A DNA stretch of 63,999 bases, filler included, from Reclinomonas americana ATCC 50394 (GCA_048213135.1; 12 parts of 12 records of this genome joined end to end with filler, not necessarily neighbours in it), one strand, 5' to 3'. Positions 30,801 through 44,858 are shown, counted from the whole stretch's first letter. Made by a program: numbers and translations. Notes: generated from the letters alone by a model not told the origin.

Positions 30801-32735
30801 GACTCACTGTTGGCCGGCTTGTGCGAGCAGCGACCACTGGTGCGCTCCAGCTCTGTGGCACTGGCACATCAGGGCGCGTGTGCCGCTCTGGCACTGTCGC
30901 CGGATGGTGCGCTGCTGGCGACTGCGGACTCGTTCGGAACCGTGCATGTGTATGCCGTCGGTGATGCCGGCGACTTTTCGTTGCTGGCCGAGTACCGCGA
31001 TAACGAGGTGCGGAGAAGTAGTGGAGGGATGAGTTGCTCTCTCCATGTCTTGTCACTCACTGTGGTCGGAAAACAACAGGAGACGGAGATTGAGGAGTTC
31101 TGGACCGTGGCATTCACTCCCGACGGCTCCAAGGTCTACGCCGCCGGTCGTCGCAAGTCGCGGTTAGAATGGGACTTTGACGAAGAAGACAATCATGTTA
31201 TTGCGTCTCACATCAAGGTGGGTCGAGACACATCGAGCTGCTCCTCTTCATTTTCCTGACCATGCTCTCAGGTGTTTGACCTGGCGACCGGAGTGGTGAA
31301 CACGTTGCAATTGCACAAGGAGGAGGTGTGGCGACTGTTGGTGGCCAACTTCAAGAGCCGCTGGCATCTGCTGTCGTGCTCTGCCGACGGGACGATCGTC
31401 AAGTGGCGACTGAGTCGCGACTGTGCGCTCGTGCGCGGTCGGGTGGTTTTCGACGACGACACGACGAGTGTGGTGTCGGATATGGCACTGGTGCCGGATT
31501 GCGGCAACAAGTACCTGCTGGCCGCGTGCGACGATCGCTTCAAGATGTTTGATCTGGAGGAGGAGCGAGTTGCGTGTCAATGCACCGGCATCGTATGAAA
31601 GAGAGCGCGTGTATTGATTGACCCGGGGTGTAAAATGTGCGCAGGTGATTCAGATCTTTGACGCGCCAGTGTACGGCACCTCGGCCGATTTCTTGCGGTT
31701 TGTGTTCCCCACCGACATGAAGCTGGCCGACGGTGAATTTGCCGTTGTCACTCGTGGCGTGCCGGCGCTGGATTCGGCGTGCAACCGTTGCGTTTCGTCC
31801 TGTTTCTGGCGTGAAGTGCGCGCTGTGTTGTGCTGAGAAGTATCTTTTTTTGCGCGCGACAGCTCGTGGTCCGTCACAACTGCACCTCAGTGTGCTTCGC
31901 TTCCCTCCGCACATGGGCCACGGTTTCTCGCTTACCCCAGTGCGCGTGTTTGAGCACGATCAGTTGAGTTTCTCTTTGCTTCCGCGGACTCGCACTCTGC
32001 CCTTTTTTCCTGAAGAAGTGTCGTGCAACAGATATGAATCGCTTCTGTCTCCGGTGAGACCGGCGGTCACCAGCATGTACATATTTGCGCCTGCAACAGC
32101 CGGGCGTGTATTTGTATGGCGCATCCTCGATGGGCGACTTTTGGGAGTAATTGACGTGAATGAGGATGAGGAAGACGTGCGAGTGGTTTTGGTGCATCCG
32201 AAGCGCGAGATGCTGTTGTGTGGAGGGGAAGGTGAGAGCGAGAAGGAGGAGAGAAATTTGCAATGGACATTCTCTCATGTCTGTTGCAGGCCCGTACACT
32301 TTTGCCTTGGAGCCGCAGGCTGTAGATGGCAGCTCAAGTGGCGAGGCCGTCGCCATGGACGATGATGTGACTGTGTTGCGCGCCACTCGCGCGACGCAGC
32401 GTCCTGCACCTTCACAAATGCCGCCGCCACCGACGCTGCCACTGATGACTTCCAGTGTTGGAGCAGCCGCGGCAGCAGCATCGATGGCACCTCCCCCACT
32501 ACCTGCTGTCGCAGAAATGTCGATGGACAGTTTTGCGCTGCCGCCACTGCCGCACGAGGTCGGCGGTGATCGCAGTCTGCTGTCGGCGATGGAGTGGGAT
32601 TCCTCGCCATCATTGCCGACGCCGACGACAACGACCACAACAACAACGACGACGACGACGAGCAGCGCGTACACTTTTGGCCTGGACGGTGGAGAATGTG
32701 TGCAATCGCCCGAGCCACCACAACCACTGCCGTAG
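27899..32735 (+). CDS. Chromatin protein: SGF29-type tandem Tudor, ARID, chromodomain and WD40 repeats (5' end may be in the gap)
   Basis: Tudor: WIVACVERY..YRVRD..RVLALWPNDDAQTEWTSQFYEATVV. ARID: FFREVNKRGGMRKVIENSLW..TSSSFALRRHYQKLLFPVE. Chromo: EVERIVATKSLGGERYYLVKW..ETSWE. WD40: LALSPDGALLATADSFGTVHVY, LLSCSADGTIVKW. TAG at 32733-32735. Confidence 0.8.
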
Positions 32736-32799
32736 GTATGATACATTGATTAGACAATAGGAGAAAATAACCACGACATGTACCTGTATGCTATATTAT

Positions 32800-35224
32800 T
32801 TACACGGCAGCCACTGCACGGCGAATCATCTCGTGGAATGCGACGCCTTCTCGAGCCGCCACGGCAGCGAGAGCCTCGCAAAAGTCCTCAAACTCGAGCT
32901 CCGCACTAGCCGTCGCTCGAGTCTGTGCAATGAACAGCAGATCCACATCGGCCTGGGTCATGGAGGCCAGTCGGCACTTGCCCAACCAGCGAGTGAAACG
33001 CGAGCGCGAGAGGCGACCGAGGCTGCGGATGCCGCAACCGCGCAAGAAGGCCTCAATCAGATCGTCTGCAGCCACGCACACCCCAACGTGAGTGGACGAA
33101 TGGACTTGCGTGTGTTAACTACCGCCTGCATGCATGCAAAACGCACCATCGGTGAGCTCGCACTGCAATTGTGGCTGCTGTGCGTCGTCGCCAGCAACGG
33201 GCAGTACGCGCACGTAGCCACATGCCACGGCATCTTCGTGCTGGCGCCTGGCTGCCTTTTGCTCGTCCACAGTCAGTCCGGCCATCTGCGTACAGTGTGA
33301 GAAACAGCGCGCTTGACGATATCGATGAACCACGTGCGTCAACACCCGACCTTCTTGGGATGCATGCAGTCCACGTTGCACATGAGGAGCGCCTCGGCCA
33401 GCACCCACTGCTTCACGTACACGTCGAGGGGCGTGTCGGCAAAGAGACTGGGGCAGTGGTTGACCTCCATGAGGTGCGGTCGCAGGTGTTCGTCGAGCAG
33501 CACATCGAAGCCCATGATATGGAAGCAGTGCGCCCCACCGCTGGTGTCATTGGGCAACGCCGCACGGTAGCGAATCAACAGCGTCGGTCGGAGTGCCAGC
33601 AGGGTGAAGCGCACGAGATCCTGCGTGTCGAGTTGGTGTGGCGCAGGGGCAAAGCGAACAGAGCAACACCAAACTCACCTCGATACGCTGCCACATGGCC
33701 TCCGTGTCGTGTCCGCCGTCGGCCAGCAGCTGCAGCAGGTGTGTAAGATTGTCTGGACGTGCCTGCGTGCTCTGCACTCACGAAACGCATACCTTTTCGA
33801 CAGAGCTCACGGAGCTGCAGGGGTGAAAGGAGGGGGTCAATAACAGACCAGGCGCAGGGCGATGCATATTCCTCTCCACCGTAGAAGGCCACCACTCACC
33901 GCTTGTGTCCTTGATCGTGGTGCTCCAGGTCCACATTTCCCTGGAAGCCGCCCTCGTTGAACTTGTTGAGTGAGTAGTTGGTGAGGTGCATGAAGGCGAG
34001 GCGCAGATTGTCGGCCTGCGGTGCTGTGTACGGCTGTGCGATGGCGGTGAGAATTGTGGAAAGTAGGCGTGGACACGACCCGCAACGCACCTGTGTGGCC
34101 AGTCGCCCGAGTCCCTCGTGGTGCACAAATGCCGACAGTGGCTCCAGTGAGGTGACCAGCACGTACAGGCGCATGTCGAACTTGAGGCCGTCGATGAGCA
34201 GCGGATTGGCGATGTACTCTTGCACAATGCCGCGGTGGCGACTCTCGGGGATGTTACGGACGCGCTGAAACAGGTGGATGCCTGTGGCGATGGAAAGGAT
34301 GAGCCGCGGTGCTGACAGGAAGATGAAGAACACCTTGCGTGCGTGCGCACGCACCATCGCCCTGGCAGCCCTCGTCGGGCTTGAAGAGATACGTTGTCGC
34401 CGGCTCATCCGCACCTCGACGAGCGGCAGCCGCCTCACTGCGACCGACGCCCTCGCGAATGCGATCGAGTTCGTCGGGGTAGACCCAGGAGCGCGGCCAG
34501 AAGGCCATCTCATCGGGGAATCGCTCAGCAAAGCGATTCATGATGCGCGCAAACGGGGCCTTGTGCAAACACTGCCGCGATCCGGGAAACTGATTCAGCT
34601 TGCGCACGCGATGCTCGTCTCCCTCCTCCGCCAGCAGTTTGCCACAATCTTGCATGCGCGTATACTTGTTAGGAACACTTGCGCAACAAGAGTCGTGCAT
34701 CCGCACGCCCAACTCACCGGCGACAGCCACACCGCGATTGATAAACACGACATCGGCCTCGTGACGATTGCGCTGACTCGCCACTCGCCAGCCCATTCGC
34801 AGTGCGCACCTGCCGATGCCATCAGTCACAGCGATGACACACCTGGAAAGAGGGAGGAAAGCGATCGCAACTTGGGCACGGAATCCATCACACAGTCGAC
34901 GGCATCGAGCATGGGCGGGCGTCGCTTTCGTCGACGCAGCGTGGCCTCGTGGCGTTGCAGCAGCGCCAAGTGTCGACGATACACGGGGCGTTGAGTCACA
35001 TCGTCGCCCGCAGCAGCTGCAGCGATGGAGATGAGAGAGAGTGAGTGGCGATCGATGAAAGACAACTTGAGAATGCTATTTATATAACGACTGTCGGCGA
35101 TGGCGATCTCCTCGTCTGCGTCGACGCTGTCTTCGTGCTCATCGTCATCGTCGTCATCGCCAACCACAGGGAGAAGGTGGCGAGAGTGGGTGAGGGTGGG
35201 AGCGGCGGTGGCAGCCGAGGCCAT
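32800..35224 (-). CDS. TTLL11: Tubulin polyglutamylase, TTLL11-like
   Basis: KLNQFPG, FWPRSW, FKPDEGCQGDGIHL, VQEYIANPLLIDGLKFDMRLYVLV, MHLTNYSLNK, CFHIMGFDVLLD..LMEVNHCPS, and a TTLL11-like C-terminal tail. Confidence 0.85.
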
Positions 35225-35314
35225 ATGACTTCTCTCTCTGAATGCAATGAAAACGAGCACGAGGACAGAAAGCGTGAAGTCTAATCGATCCACGTCTTTT
35301 TACACAAACTCAAA

Positions 35315-36815
35315 CTACCTTATGCTCTGATGGGCATCAACTTCGAGCCCAATGGCGATATTTGCATCCTCCTCCTCTTCTGTTCTTCCTCCTCCTCGTG
35401 CATCTCCTGCACAAAGGTCCACACTTGACTCGGTGATCGGATGCCCGGACACACCTTGCGCAGGTAGAGAATCATCGGAACGGTGATGGCGCAGAGGGTG
35501 CCAAGAATGGCGTACGCGTAGGTGAAGTTGTTGTTCAGCGGTCCGTTCAGCAGCGCCACCAGGCCGACTTGGACGTAATTGACAATGGCGCACACGACAT
35601 TGAAGCAGCCGACGGCGCGACCGAACTGCTGCGGCGGGTAACTGTGCAATGGAGAGAAGACATCAGAGGCGGTACACGCCGCAAGGAGTAGGGAGGGTGT
35701 TGTCACGCAACATCTCCGCAAACGTCACCGTCACGCCGGCGGAATATTGCCCGCGCAGTAACACAAAGAGCGCGACAGTCACCATCTGGTAAGACAGGCT
35801 CGGCACCATGCTGGAGAGGCAGAGGATGATGCCGACCAGGGAGATCTCGATCATGGCCACGGCGAGGCCGAACCGTCGGAATACCCAGTCGACCAGCAGG
35901 GCAGTGATGGCCACCGACGGGTAGATGATGGAGAAGATGGTGATGTAGAATTGCGCCTCGTCGATGGACGAGGCGAGAGTCAGGAAGAACGAGTTCAGCG
36001 TGCCCATGTAGAAGATGGTCAGCAGCGAAATCACCGAGGCCCATATTGACAGCACCACAAACTCCGCCGAAAACAGACTGGCTCTGAACGACGGCGCAGT
36101 TGAGATTTCCGCCGCAGTGGTGGTGGTGTTGTTGTTGTTGATATCATCATTGCTGGGTTTGCGATCGGCGGCTGCAGCCTCCTGCGCCTGGTGTAACACC
36201 GGAGTTGAGTGACGCATTGACTCAACACCAATATACCACCACACACGCGCACAACGCAACTCGAGTCTGCGACGCCTGGCGATGCTTGAGACTCCACGAG
36301 GTGAGCGACGACAGCGATGAACCCGCCTGCAGCGTCTCCGACATGTGCTTCTTGAGATCCGGCAGCGATTTGATTCGCATCGTGGCCGAGCTGCCGGAGC
36401 GACCCAACTCCCCCGTATTGCCGCCGCCAACGTGGCCCGACGATCCCACCTGCCGGGCACTGCTGCCCACAGCAAGGCTTTCGCTAGTCACCGGCTCTCC
36501 CTCCTCCTCCACCTCCTCCTCGACCTCCACTTCCTCCTCGTGCACCTCTGGAATGTCGTCGAAATGCAGTGGTCTCCGCTGCTCCGGGCTTCGCTGCTCC
36601 GGGCTCTGCTGCTCCGGGCTTCGCTGCTCCGGGCTCTGCTCGATCGCCTGCAACAGGACGACATTGTCGCCTTGCCGTTCACTGCCGGCGCTCTCCTCGC
36701 GCGCCACAGTCGCCATCTCCACATCCGTGGATGCCTTTTCCGGTGGCGTCGGCTGCGAGCTGGAGCTCGACAGCGCCTCACGGTTCATGACATACGCCAC
36801 ATCCAGGAGCACCTA
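35315..36815 (-). CDS. SLC43/LAT3-like MFS transporter, C-terminal half with a large cytoplasmic loop; 5' end in the gap
   Basis: TM run FRASLFSAEF..FYMGTLN..VPSLSYQMVT..YPPQQFGRAVG..GPLNNNF. The loop contains an SPEQR-type repeat near 36575-36640. Confidence 0.75.
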
Positions 36816-37154
36816 CCAATCGCCAGTCAGTGAGCGCCTCACTCCACCACTCACTCACTCTCTCAATCAACTCACCAGCAACACCACGGNNNNNNNNNNN
36901 NNNNNNNNNNNNNNNNNNNNNNNNNNNNNNNNNTTAATTAATTAANNNNNNNNNNNNNNNNNNNNNNNNNNNNNNNNNNNNNNNNNNNNAGAGTGCGTGC
37001 GGGGAGAGAGAGAGAGAGAGAGACGAACCCAGCACGGTCACAAAGTAGGTTTTGAAAGCCATAGATGCATCAGCGAGGTTGTGGGAGAGACAGTCGTGGA
37101 CAGATGACATCATCGGTGGATCGTTGTCTCTGGTCACGCGCACTCTCACACACA

Positions 37155-39428
37155 ATGTCGACGTCGTCGTCGTCGGCGTCGCCTGTGTCCTCGTCACCGC
37201 CGTCGCCCGGCTCACCAGCGGCCACTGCTGCTGCGGCTGCGGCTGGTGGTGTGACAGTGGTCTCACAGAGTCCACCACCACACCCGCACCACTTTCATCA
37301 CATGCTGCCTCCTCCTCCACCTCCTCCGCCTCCTCCACCTCCACCTCCACCGCCTTCATCGGCTGCCAAGAATGAGTTTGGCGCGGGAAGAGCGGCTGGT
37401 GCAAGTGGGCCTCCACTGGTCGCAGAGATGAGCCCGAGCAAGAAGCGAGTTTCGTTGTGCTCACTGACACAACAGCGATGATGATGATGATGATGGTAGC
37501 GATGATGATGGTCTTATGGTGATGTGTGTGAGCAGTACTCGTCGCTGGATAAGCTGGGATGTGATTTGCGGGCGTTGGTGAACTCGCGAGACTTTTCGGA
37601 TATGCAGATCCTGGCGGGTCCGGAGCGCGTGCTCTTGTATGCGCATCGGTGCATTCTCTCGCAGCGGTGTTCGTACTTTCAGGCGTGCTTGTCCGGCGGC
37701 TGGGCCGAGTCGTCGAATGGTGTCATTGAGAAGCCGAACACGTGTGCCGAGGTGTTTCTGCTGTTGCTCACGTTTCTGTACACGGGCGAGGTTGCGTCGT
37801 GTCGTCGTCCCACCAACGCGCGCAAGTCATCTCACTTTATTTGAAATAGGTGGAGATCGAGGAGAGCACGGCGTTCGATCTGCTGGCGGCGGCCGATGAG
37901 CTGCAAATAACAGACCTGCGGATGCACTGCACGTCGTACATTCGGGAGACCATGAATGCCGACAATGTGTTTCTGTATCTGGTGCGTGTGTGCGCGCGTG
38001 CGTGTGTTTGTAGCTCGCGCAGGGCGAATGGCTGACCTGTTGTCGGTGGCAGGAATCCGCCGGGCGTCATCATGTGGACGAACTGAAGGACGGCTGCATG
38101 AAGTGGATTGTGGAGCATGCCGAGGGCGTGTTCACCTCGGAGTCGTTCCTGTCGATACACCTGGACACGCTGGCATACCTGCTGCAGAACGACGACATGG
38201 AGATTGAGGAGGATAATGTGTGGAGGGCAGTACTGCGATGGGGAATGTTGCGTGGCGAGTCGTGCGTTGTCGCCTCCTCCTCATTGTTCTAATCGTGTAC
38301 TGCAGTCACAACTGTCAAGTGCACGGCGCACTGCCGTCACAGTGGACAGCCGACGAGCGGGAACGGTTGCGGCAGACACTGGCTCACGTGTTCCCTCACA
38401 TTCGCGTGTTGCGGATTTCGGGCGAGTGCTTTGTCGACGAAGTCGAGCCGACACAACTCATGCCAGTGGAGCTGCGACTGGAGCGCGGACTGTTGCGTGG
38501 ATTATGGCATTACTAGGCCTGCACAAGGTTTCTCACCTTTTGCATCCAATGCAGGTATGCCATGGCGCCCCAAAAGTACCCCGAATCACACCCACTTCTG
38601 CGACCCAGAGGGCACGCCACCAAGGTCAGTGTGTGTGTTTGGTGCCGAGCCACTCACTTACCTTCTGCCATTCCTCGTGCGTGCTGACTGGGATCTCGAT
38701 ACTCGCAGTTCCGGTGGGACACGCAGATGAAGGCTCCGCACTGCGCCGTGTCGCCCGACGGCAAATTAATCACGCTGAGCCTGCAGGGCACAGCGACCAC
38801 GTTTGTGGAGGAGCCTGTATTTAAGGGTGCGTGCAGGGAGAATGAGAGATGGGATTCGCCTTCGCACGGAGACTGATATGGGGGGAGCAGGCAAGCAAAC
38901 GATTCACATCAAGGTTGAAAATATCCCCGTGCGCACGGCCTACTATGTGGGCATTGCGCTGGAGAAGAACGAGCAGACGGTGTCACGGTCATTGCGAGAC
39001 GTGGGCTGGGGTCTGCAGGGTGCGTTCCTCCGACCCCCTGCGTGTTCACGGATGACGTGGGATAGAGCGCTGAAACAACTATTTCTGTGTTCGTGCAGAC
39101 AACGGGCGGGGTGTCATGCACGGCGGCGAGTTCCTGAATCAGGAACACGGCGGGCGTGGGATTGTGTACAACACGGGTGATGTAGTGTCCATGTCCGTCG
39201 ACAAGGACAATGGCGTTCTGTCGTACCAGGTGAGCGGGCACGCGAGCGAAAGGAGTCCACTCTCGGCTCATTGTTGTCCTCCCACAGATCAATGGAGATC
39301 AGGTCGTGCAGGTGACGATCGAGGATATTAAGCACTCGTCAGCCGTCCACATGGGAGTAACGATGTACAACATGGGGGCCTCGATGAGGATTCTCGACAC
39401 GTACATGCCCAACCACCATGAACGCTGA
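37155..39428 (+). CDS. BTB/POZ - BACK - SPRY/B30.2-like protein, putative Cullin-3 adaptor
   Basis: BTB: FSDMQILAG..AHRCILSQRCSYF..FLYTGEV. BACK: EIEEDNVWRAVLRWG. SPRY-like: YNTGDVVSMSVDKDNGVLSYQINGD. TGA at 39426-39428. Confidence 0.82.
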
Positions 39429-39589
39429 AAAACGCATGTGCCGTGTGTGAGTGTGAATGCGGGCATGCGCTCATGTAAACAGCGAGATTTATCTAGCACT
39501 GCTACTGCTGCTGCTGCAAACACACTACCATGGTCAGCAATGAAGCGAAAACCACTTGTGTATCGGCAGCGAAGGACTTGTTTCTCTCA

Positions 39590-41666
39590 TCAACGGCGTG
39601 CCGCCGGCTGCACGCGCTTGGCCGACTTTTCCAGGAGCTCCAGGTAAACCTGTGCGTGCAGGCATCAGTGCTTTTGATACGACAAGGAGTCGGCGACAGC
39701 GAATGGACCTCAGCGTGCGGCTTGTCAAACACCAGCATGGGACGCAGGCGTACCGACTGCGCACCGCAACCGCCGGCCATGACACCTGTGGACGGGCAGT
39801 GGTCAGCACCCAGTCGACCACATGATGGCGCACGGCACACTATGCACGATACCATTCTGGCGCAGCTCAGCCACCAGCGCGTCGCGGATCTCGGGCGAGG
39901 CCGAATCAAAGGCCAAGAAGGTGCCGGAGCCACGCGTGTTGGCCACCACGTTGGGATACTTGCGCTGTGGGGGAGAGAAGTCGTGAGATGGAAGGCCGGC
40001 CAAATGCACAGCTGGCGGCAACAACAACAGCACACGCACCGATAGCGCCTCCAGCTGCTCCTTCAGGAACTGACCAGTGGCGGCGGTCTTCTCCACCAAC
40101 TTGTCGCGCTTGATCACTTGCACCACAGTGCGCAGCTGCAGCGCGCGAATGGGATCTCCCATCCACGTGTTGTACTGGCGGTAGGTCTGGAAACGCAAGG
40201 TATTTGCAATCAGCAAATGCGCACACGCGGGGAAAGAGAGAGAGGCGTCGCACGCATTACGAGAGCACGCAACGTCACTCGGGCGGTACTCCATGTTGTG
40301 GTAGAAGCCGGCCGCTTGCATCTTCTTGGAGAATGTCACAATGTCCTGCATTCACACAAAGTAGTTCAGTTCCACTCTCTCTCTCTACCTTTCTCCTTCG
40401 CCAGCCCCACTCACCGGCGGCGATGGCAGCTTCCACGCCTCGTGAGCCCAGAAAGTACCGGTGGCTCCGCACCCAGTCTGCACCTCGTCCACGATAAAGG
40501 TGACGCCGAGGCGCTTGGTGATCTCGCGCAATCGGCAGAAGAAGTAGTTCGACGCGTGATTGTCGCCACCCTCGGACTGCACCGGCTCGACGATCACGGC
40601 GGCCACTGGCACGTGCCACGTAGCAATGAGGCGCTCGACCTACGTGCATTCGTTGAGTGAGAGTGCATGCAAAGAAGTCTTCAAGGACAGAGCACATCGC
40701 TGACCTCCTGCAGACAGCGGTCCTCCTCCATACGATTCTCGGTCTCGTACTGCGACAGCGGGTACCGGAGTCGCGGGAATGGGGCAGCCGGCCAGTCAAA
40801 CGCCGGCACGTCGACCTTGTGAATGGCCTTGGAGCGAGTCGTGCTCAGGCAGCCAAACAACCGGCCGTGGAAGCCGCCCATGAAGCTCAGCACGCTCAGA
40901 TTAGGCGAGCCTGCACCATCGCAAGTCAGCGGGTCACACGGAAGAGGCAAGAGCGACAGCGCAGTGAGGCACACACCCGGTGGCGAGTTCGACATGCACG
41001 ACTGCAGATCCTCCTCGGTGATCGGGTGCCCGTTGCGCTGCCGGTTCATCCAGAACATGAACGCGGCCTTGTAGGCGGTCTCGTTCGCACACGAGCCACA
41101 CATGGCCGTAAACACGTTCTTCAGACCCGGAGGTGCCACCTACAACACACGGTTAAGCGCACCGGCATGTCCGCGCATCGATTCTTTGCTGCAATGCACC
41201 TCCATGAAGCTGTCGCGCAGCAGCTGCGGCCAGTACTCCGGCGGATTGACGCCCAGCGCCGGTCGATTGATGAGCGCCGTAACCCACTCATCCGAGCGCG
41301 CGGCCTTGACCAGCTCCGGGTGATTGTAGCCAATTGGCAGCGAGGCAATCTGGCAGAACGTGTCGAGCAGCATGTTCCCGTCGGCATCGCACAGGTAGTT
41401 GCCGGTGGAGGCCGAGTAGTTGGCGAAGAACGGCTGCATGCGGGCTTCCTGCAGCTGCGAGAGCGAGTCGCGGAGGGCCTTGGTGCGCTCGCCGGGCACG
41501 ACGCTCGTGCGGAGAACAGGGCGGGCGGGCTCGTTGGGCCACACGGAGGAGGCGAACCAGCGGCATTGCGCGGTGAGACGCGCGCGGTGTCTCACTGTGT
41601 GTGTGGCAATGAGGTGAGTGTGTGAGAGGCAGGTGGCGAGGGGAAGAAGGGCGCACCGATTTGCAT
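39590..41666 (-). CDS. ABAT: Mitochondrial 4-aminobutyrate aminotransferase (ABAT/UGA1 type)
   Basis: [77 protein letters not shown] lysine in TFSKK, NTWMGDP. Arg-rich N-terminus. Confidence 0.95.
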
Positions 41667-41811
41667 TGTGACGATGAGTAGAGCTGTCCCTCGGGACGCG
41701 CGCAGTGTGTGTGATTGCGTGTGTGTGTGCAGCGAGCGCGGTCTGTGCGTTGTCTGTCTTCCTCTCTCTGTCTGTCTGTGTGTGCGCGTGTGAGTGAGTG
41801 TGTGTGTGGCG

Positions 41812-43870
41812 ATGGCTGATCCATATGCCAAGGACTATTACGAGGTGTTGGGCATTTCGCGCTCGGCGACCGTGGCGGAGGTGAAGAAGGCGTATCGCAC
41901 ACTGGCACTGGTGAGACAGAGAGAGTGTGTGCGTGCGCGTGAGAGTGGAGTTGAGACATGTCGACGCTCACTCTTTGTTGTTGTTGTTTGCGTCAGCAAT
42001 ACCATCCGGATCGGAACAAGGGTACGCTTTGAGTTGGCAGCCTTTCCTATCTATGTTGTTGTTGTTGTTGCTAGGTGACCCACAAGCGACTTGCAATGGC
42101 GCAGCGGAGGACGCGGAAAAGTGCTTCCAAGCGATCACGTTGCGTCAATCACTGTTTCGTCATTCTCTCTCTGTGAGTGTGCTCATTCTGTCATTGCACC
42201 ACACAGCAACGCGTACTCCAGTTGTGTTCTTTCACTGTGTGTCTCTCTTCCTGTGTGGTTGCGTTGACGTTCCGGTCATTTCAGTCTTGAGTGACGACAA
42301 GAAGCGAGCGCACTATGACCAGTTTGGCGACGAGAGCGATGCGATGGCCGGGTCGGGGATGGACGACGCCATGATGCACATGTTTATGTCGATGTTTGGA
42401 ATGGGCGGGCCCTCGGTGTTCTTCACATCAGTGCGCTCTTCACCCCCTCTCAATCTTGATTGATGGCTTGCCGTAAGCTGACTGTGCTGTTGTGTGGGTC
42501 ACAGAGCAGGGATCCGCACGGGTTCCACAGTGGCATGTACGACGGCGACGACGACGACGATGAGTATTATGAGGAGTACGACGACGAGGATGTGCAGTTT
42601 GAAGATGAGATTTACGACCAGCAGCGATTTGTCGATGCAGGTTGGGCGTTTGTCGCTCTCAGCTCGTCTTCGCATGCCGCACACACTCATGCGTGCGTAC
42701 CATGCGTAGCACTTCTTGACTTGCTGATGGGCGGCGGGAGAGGCATGTACATGGGAGATGAAGACGATCTGTACGACGAGGATGACGATGAGTACGACGA
42801 AGACGACGACGACGATGACCTTGACCACGGTGGTATCCCGCTGGACTTTGCCACCTTTGCCACCATGTTTGGCGTTCCGACAAAAGTCGGTGCCGGTGTT
42901 CGCGAAGCGCCGCCATCGCGATTCAAGAAACCCAAGGTCAAGATCGACCCAAAGAAGACCAAGGCTGGCGGCAAGGGCAAGACTGGCAAGGCAGCGGCAA
43001 GCGAGAAGGGCAACAAGAGCAACAAGGGGGCCAAGTCAGCCGCAGCACCACCACCACCAGCACCAGCGCCAGCACCACAACCATCAGCGAAGGCACAACC
43101 ACCGCCAGCATCAGCAGCAGCGAAGCCACCACCAGCAGCAGCACCTGCGGCGACAGCGGCTGCGCCCGAGGCCGACGCCGCAGGCAAGGCCAAGAAGAAG
43201 AGGAATCGCAAGAGGAACAAGGGCAAGGGCGATGATGATGACGGAGCAGCAGCACCAGCGGCGTCGTCGGCGTCAACCACCACCACTACAACGACCACGG
43301 CGGCCTCGGTCCTCGAGCCCGTCGAACCCATGGATGTGGAACCGATTCCCATGCCAGCGCCACTAAAGAAGCCTGCAGCTCCTGCCGCACCGCCACCACC
43401 AGCGGTGAAGGTGGACGAGGAGCCGCAACAGCGACGTGCCAGTGGCGACAAGAAGAAGCGTGGCAAGAAGGCCGCCTCAGAAATGTCACCCATGGACCGG
43501 ATGGCGGAGATGGCGGCGTCGTTGGGAATGATTGACGACGGACCACTCGGTTAGTAGGCGCCCGTGTCACTGTATTGTGTGTGTGTGTGCGTATACGTGT
43601 GGTGGTGGTGGTGGTGGTTGTCTTACTGTTTGCGCAGACTTTTCGTCATTGTCGACCGAGGAGCTGGCGGAGCTGGTGGCGTCGGTGGATCCCGACATAC
43701 TGGTGGACTTGATGGAGAGCAACGGGCTCGACTCCATTCTCGGCGACTTTGGCAGCCGTCGGAAGCCGAAGAGCGGTGCCAGCAGGTCGCGAGGTTTGTG
43801 TTTCTCCACGCAGATCCTTACTCCCACTGCCACTCACGACCGCCAACTCACAGGGAACAAGAGAAAGTGA
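41812..43870 (+). CDS. J-domain (DnaJ/Hsp40) protein with acidic and Lys/Ala/Pro-rich tail
   Basis: Spliced KDYYEVLGISRSAT..KKAYRTLAL-QYHPDRNK..FQAITNAYSILSDDKKRAHYDQFG. Confidence 0.88.
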
Positions 43871-43912
43871 TGCATGTTTGCGAGTGAATCAATGTATGTC
43901 GGTGCCGATCTT

Positions 43913-44858
43913 TTACCTGTCGGGCTTGCTCTGCCCAACTGCCTCGGCCATGCGGTCCACCGACGCAACCTCACGAATGTGCTGCACCACGGTGTGACAG
44001 TGTGGTCGCAGACGATCGGCCTCGAACGTGTGCGCCACGCCCACGGTCATGCAGCCGGCCGCCATGGCGCCCTGGAATGGGGAGCAAGGGAGAGGGAGAG
44101 GGAGAGAGGGAGGGAGGGAGAGAGTGATGAGCGATTGGCGTCACACAGTATCCTCTCTTAGCAGCCTCGCAACTTTGCATCCGGCCACCGCATCCTCCAC
44201 AACCACCACACTGGCCGGCTCCACCCGCAACAGCTCACACGCACGCAGAAAGATGTCCGGATGCGGCTTGCCGCGCTCCACATCGTAGCCCGACACCACG
44301 GGCCTGCCCTCGAAAAACGACGCCAGTCCACTCTCCCTCAGATTGAACGCAATCTTTCGATGATCGCCACTGGAGGCCACCGCAAACGGCATCTCCCGCT
44401 CCCCGCACTCCTCCAGCAGCTCCCGCACACCGTCAAACGCACTCAGTTGTCCACCGACACTCTCGAAATACACCGTCTCCTTCTCCGCGCCCATCTCCTG
44501 CAAGATCGCCAGCGAAGGCTCCTCGACGCCATGCTGAGATTGCAGAGTGAGAAAGAGCGACATGCAGGTAACACGAGCGAGCGATCGACACACCGTGGAG
44601 CACAAGTGTCGCGCAGCATCGACACTGCTCAACCCGATGATACCATGGAAATCGAAACCAATGTCGACACCGAAGCTGGCAAGGGAGAGAGAGAGAAGGG
44701 AGTGAGGGATGGGGGAGAAGGGAAGGGAGGGATCGGAAAGAGGGCTCACACTCTCTCTTTCTTACTCTCTCTCTCTCTCTCTCTCTCACCGTCGCTCAAA
44801 CACCGCTCGCCAGCTACCACAACTGTGCGTCTCCGAGTCCACCAGCGTTCCATCCTTC
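43913..44858 (-). CDS. HAD-superfamily hydrolase (IA, beta-PGM/CbbY-like); 5' end in the gap
   Basis: DGTLVDSE, AVASSG, GKPHPDIFLRAC, VVVEDAVAG..AMAAGC. Confidence 0.88.
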
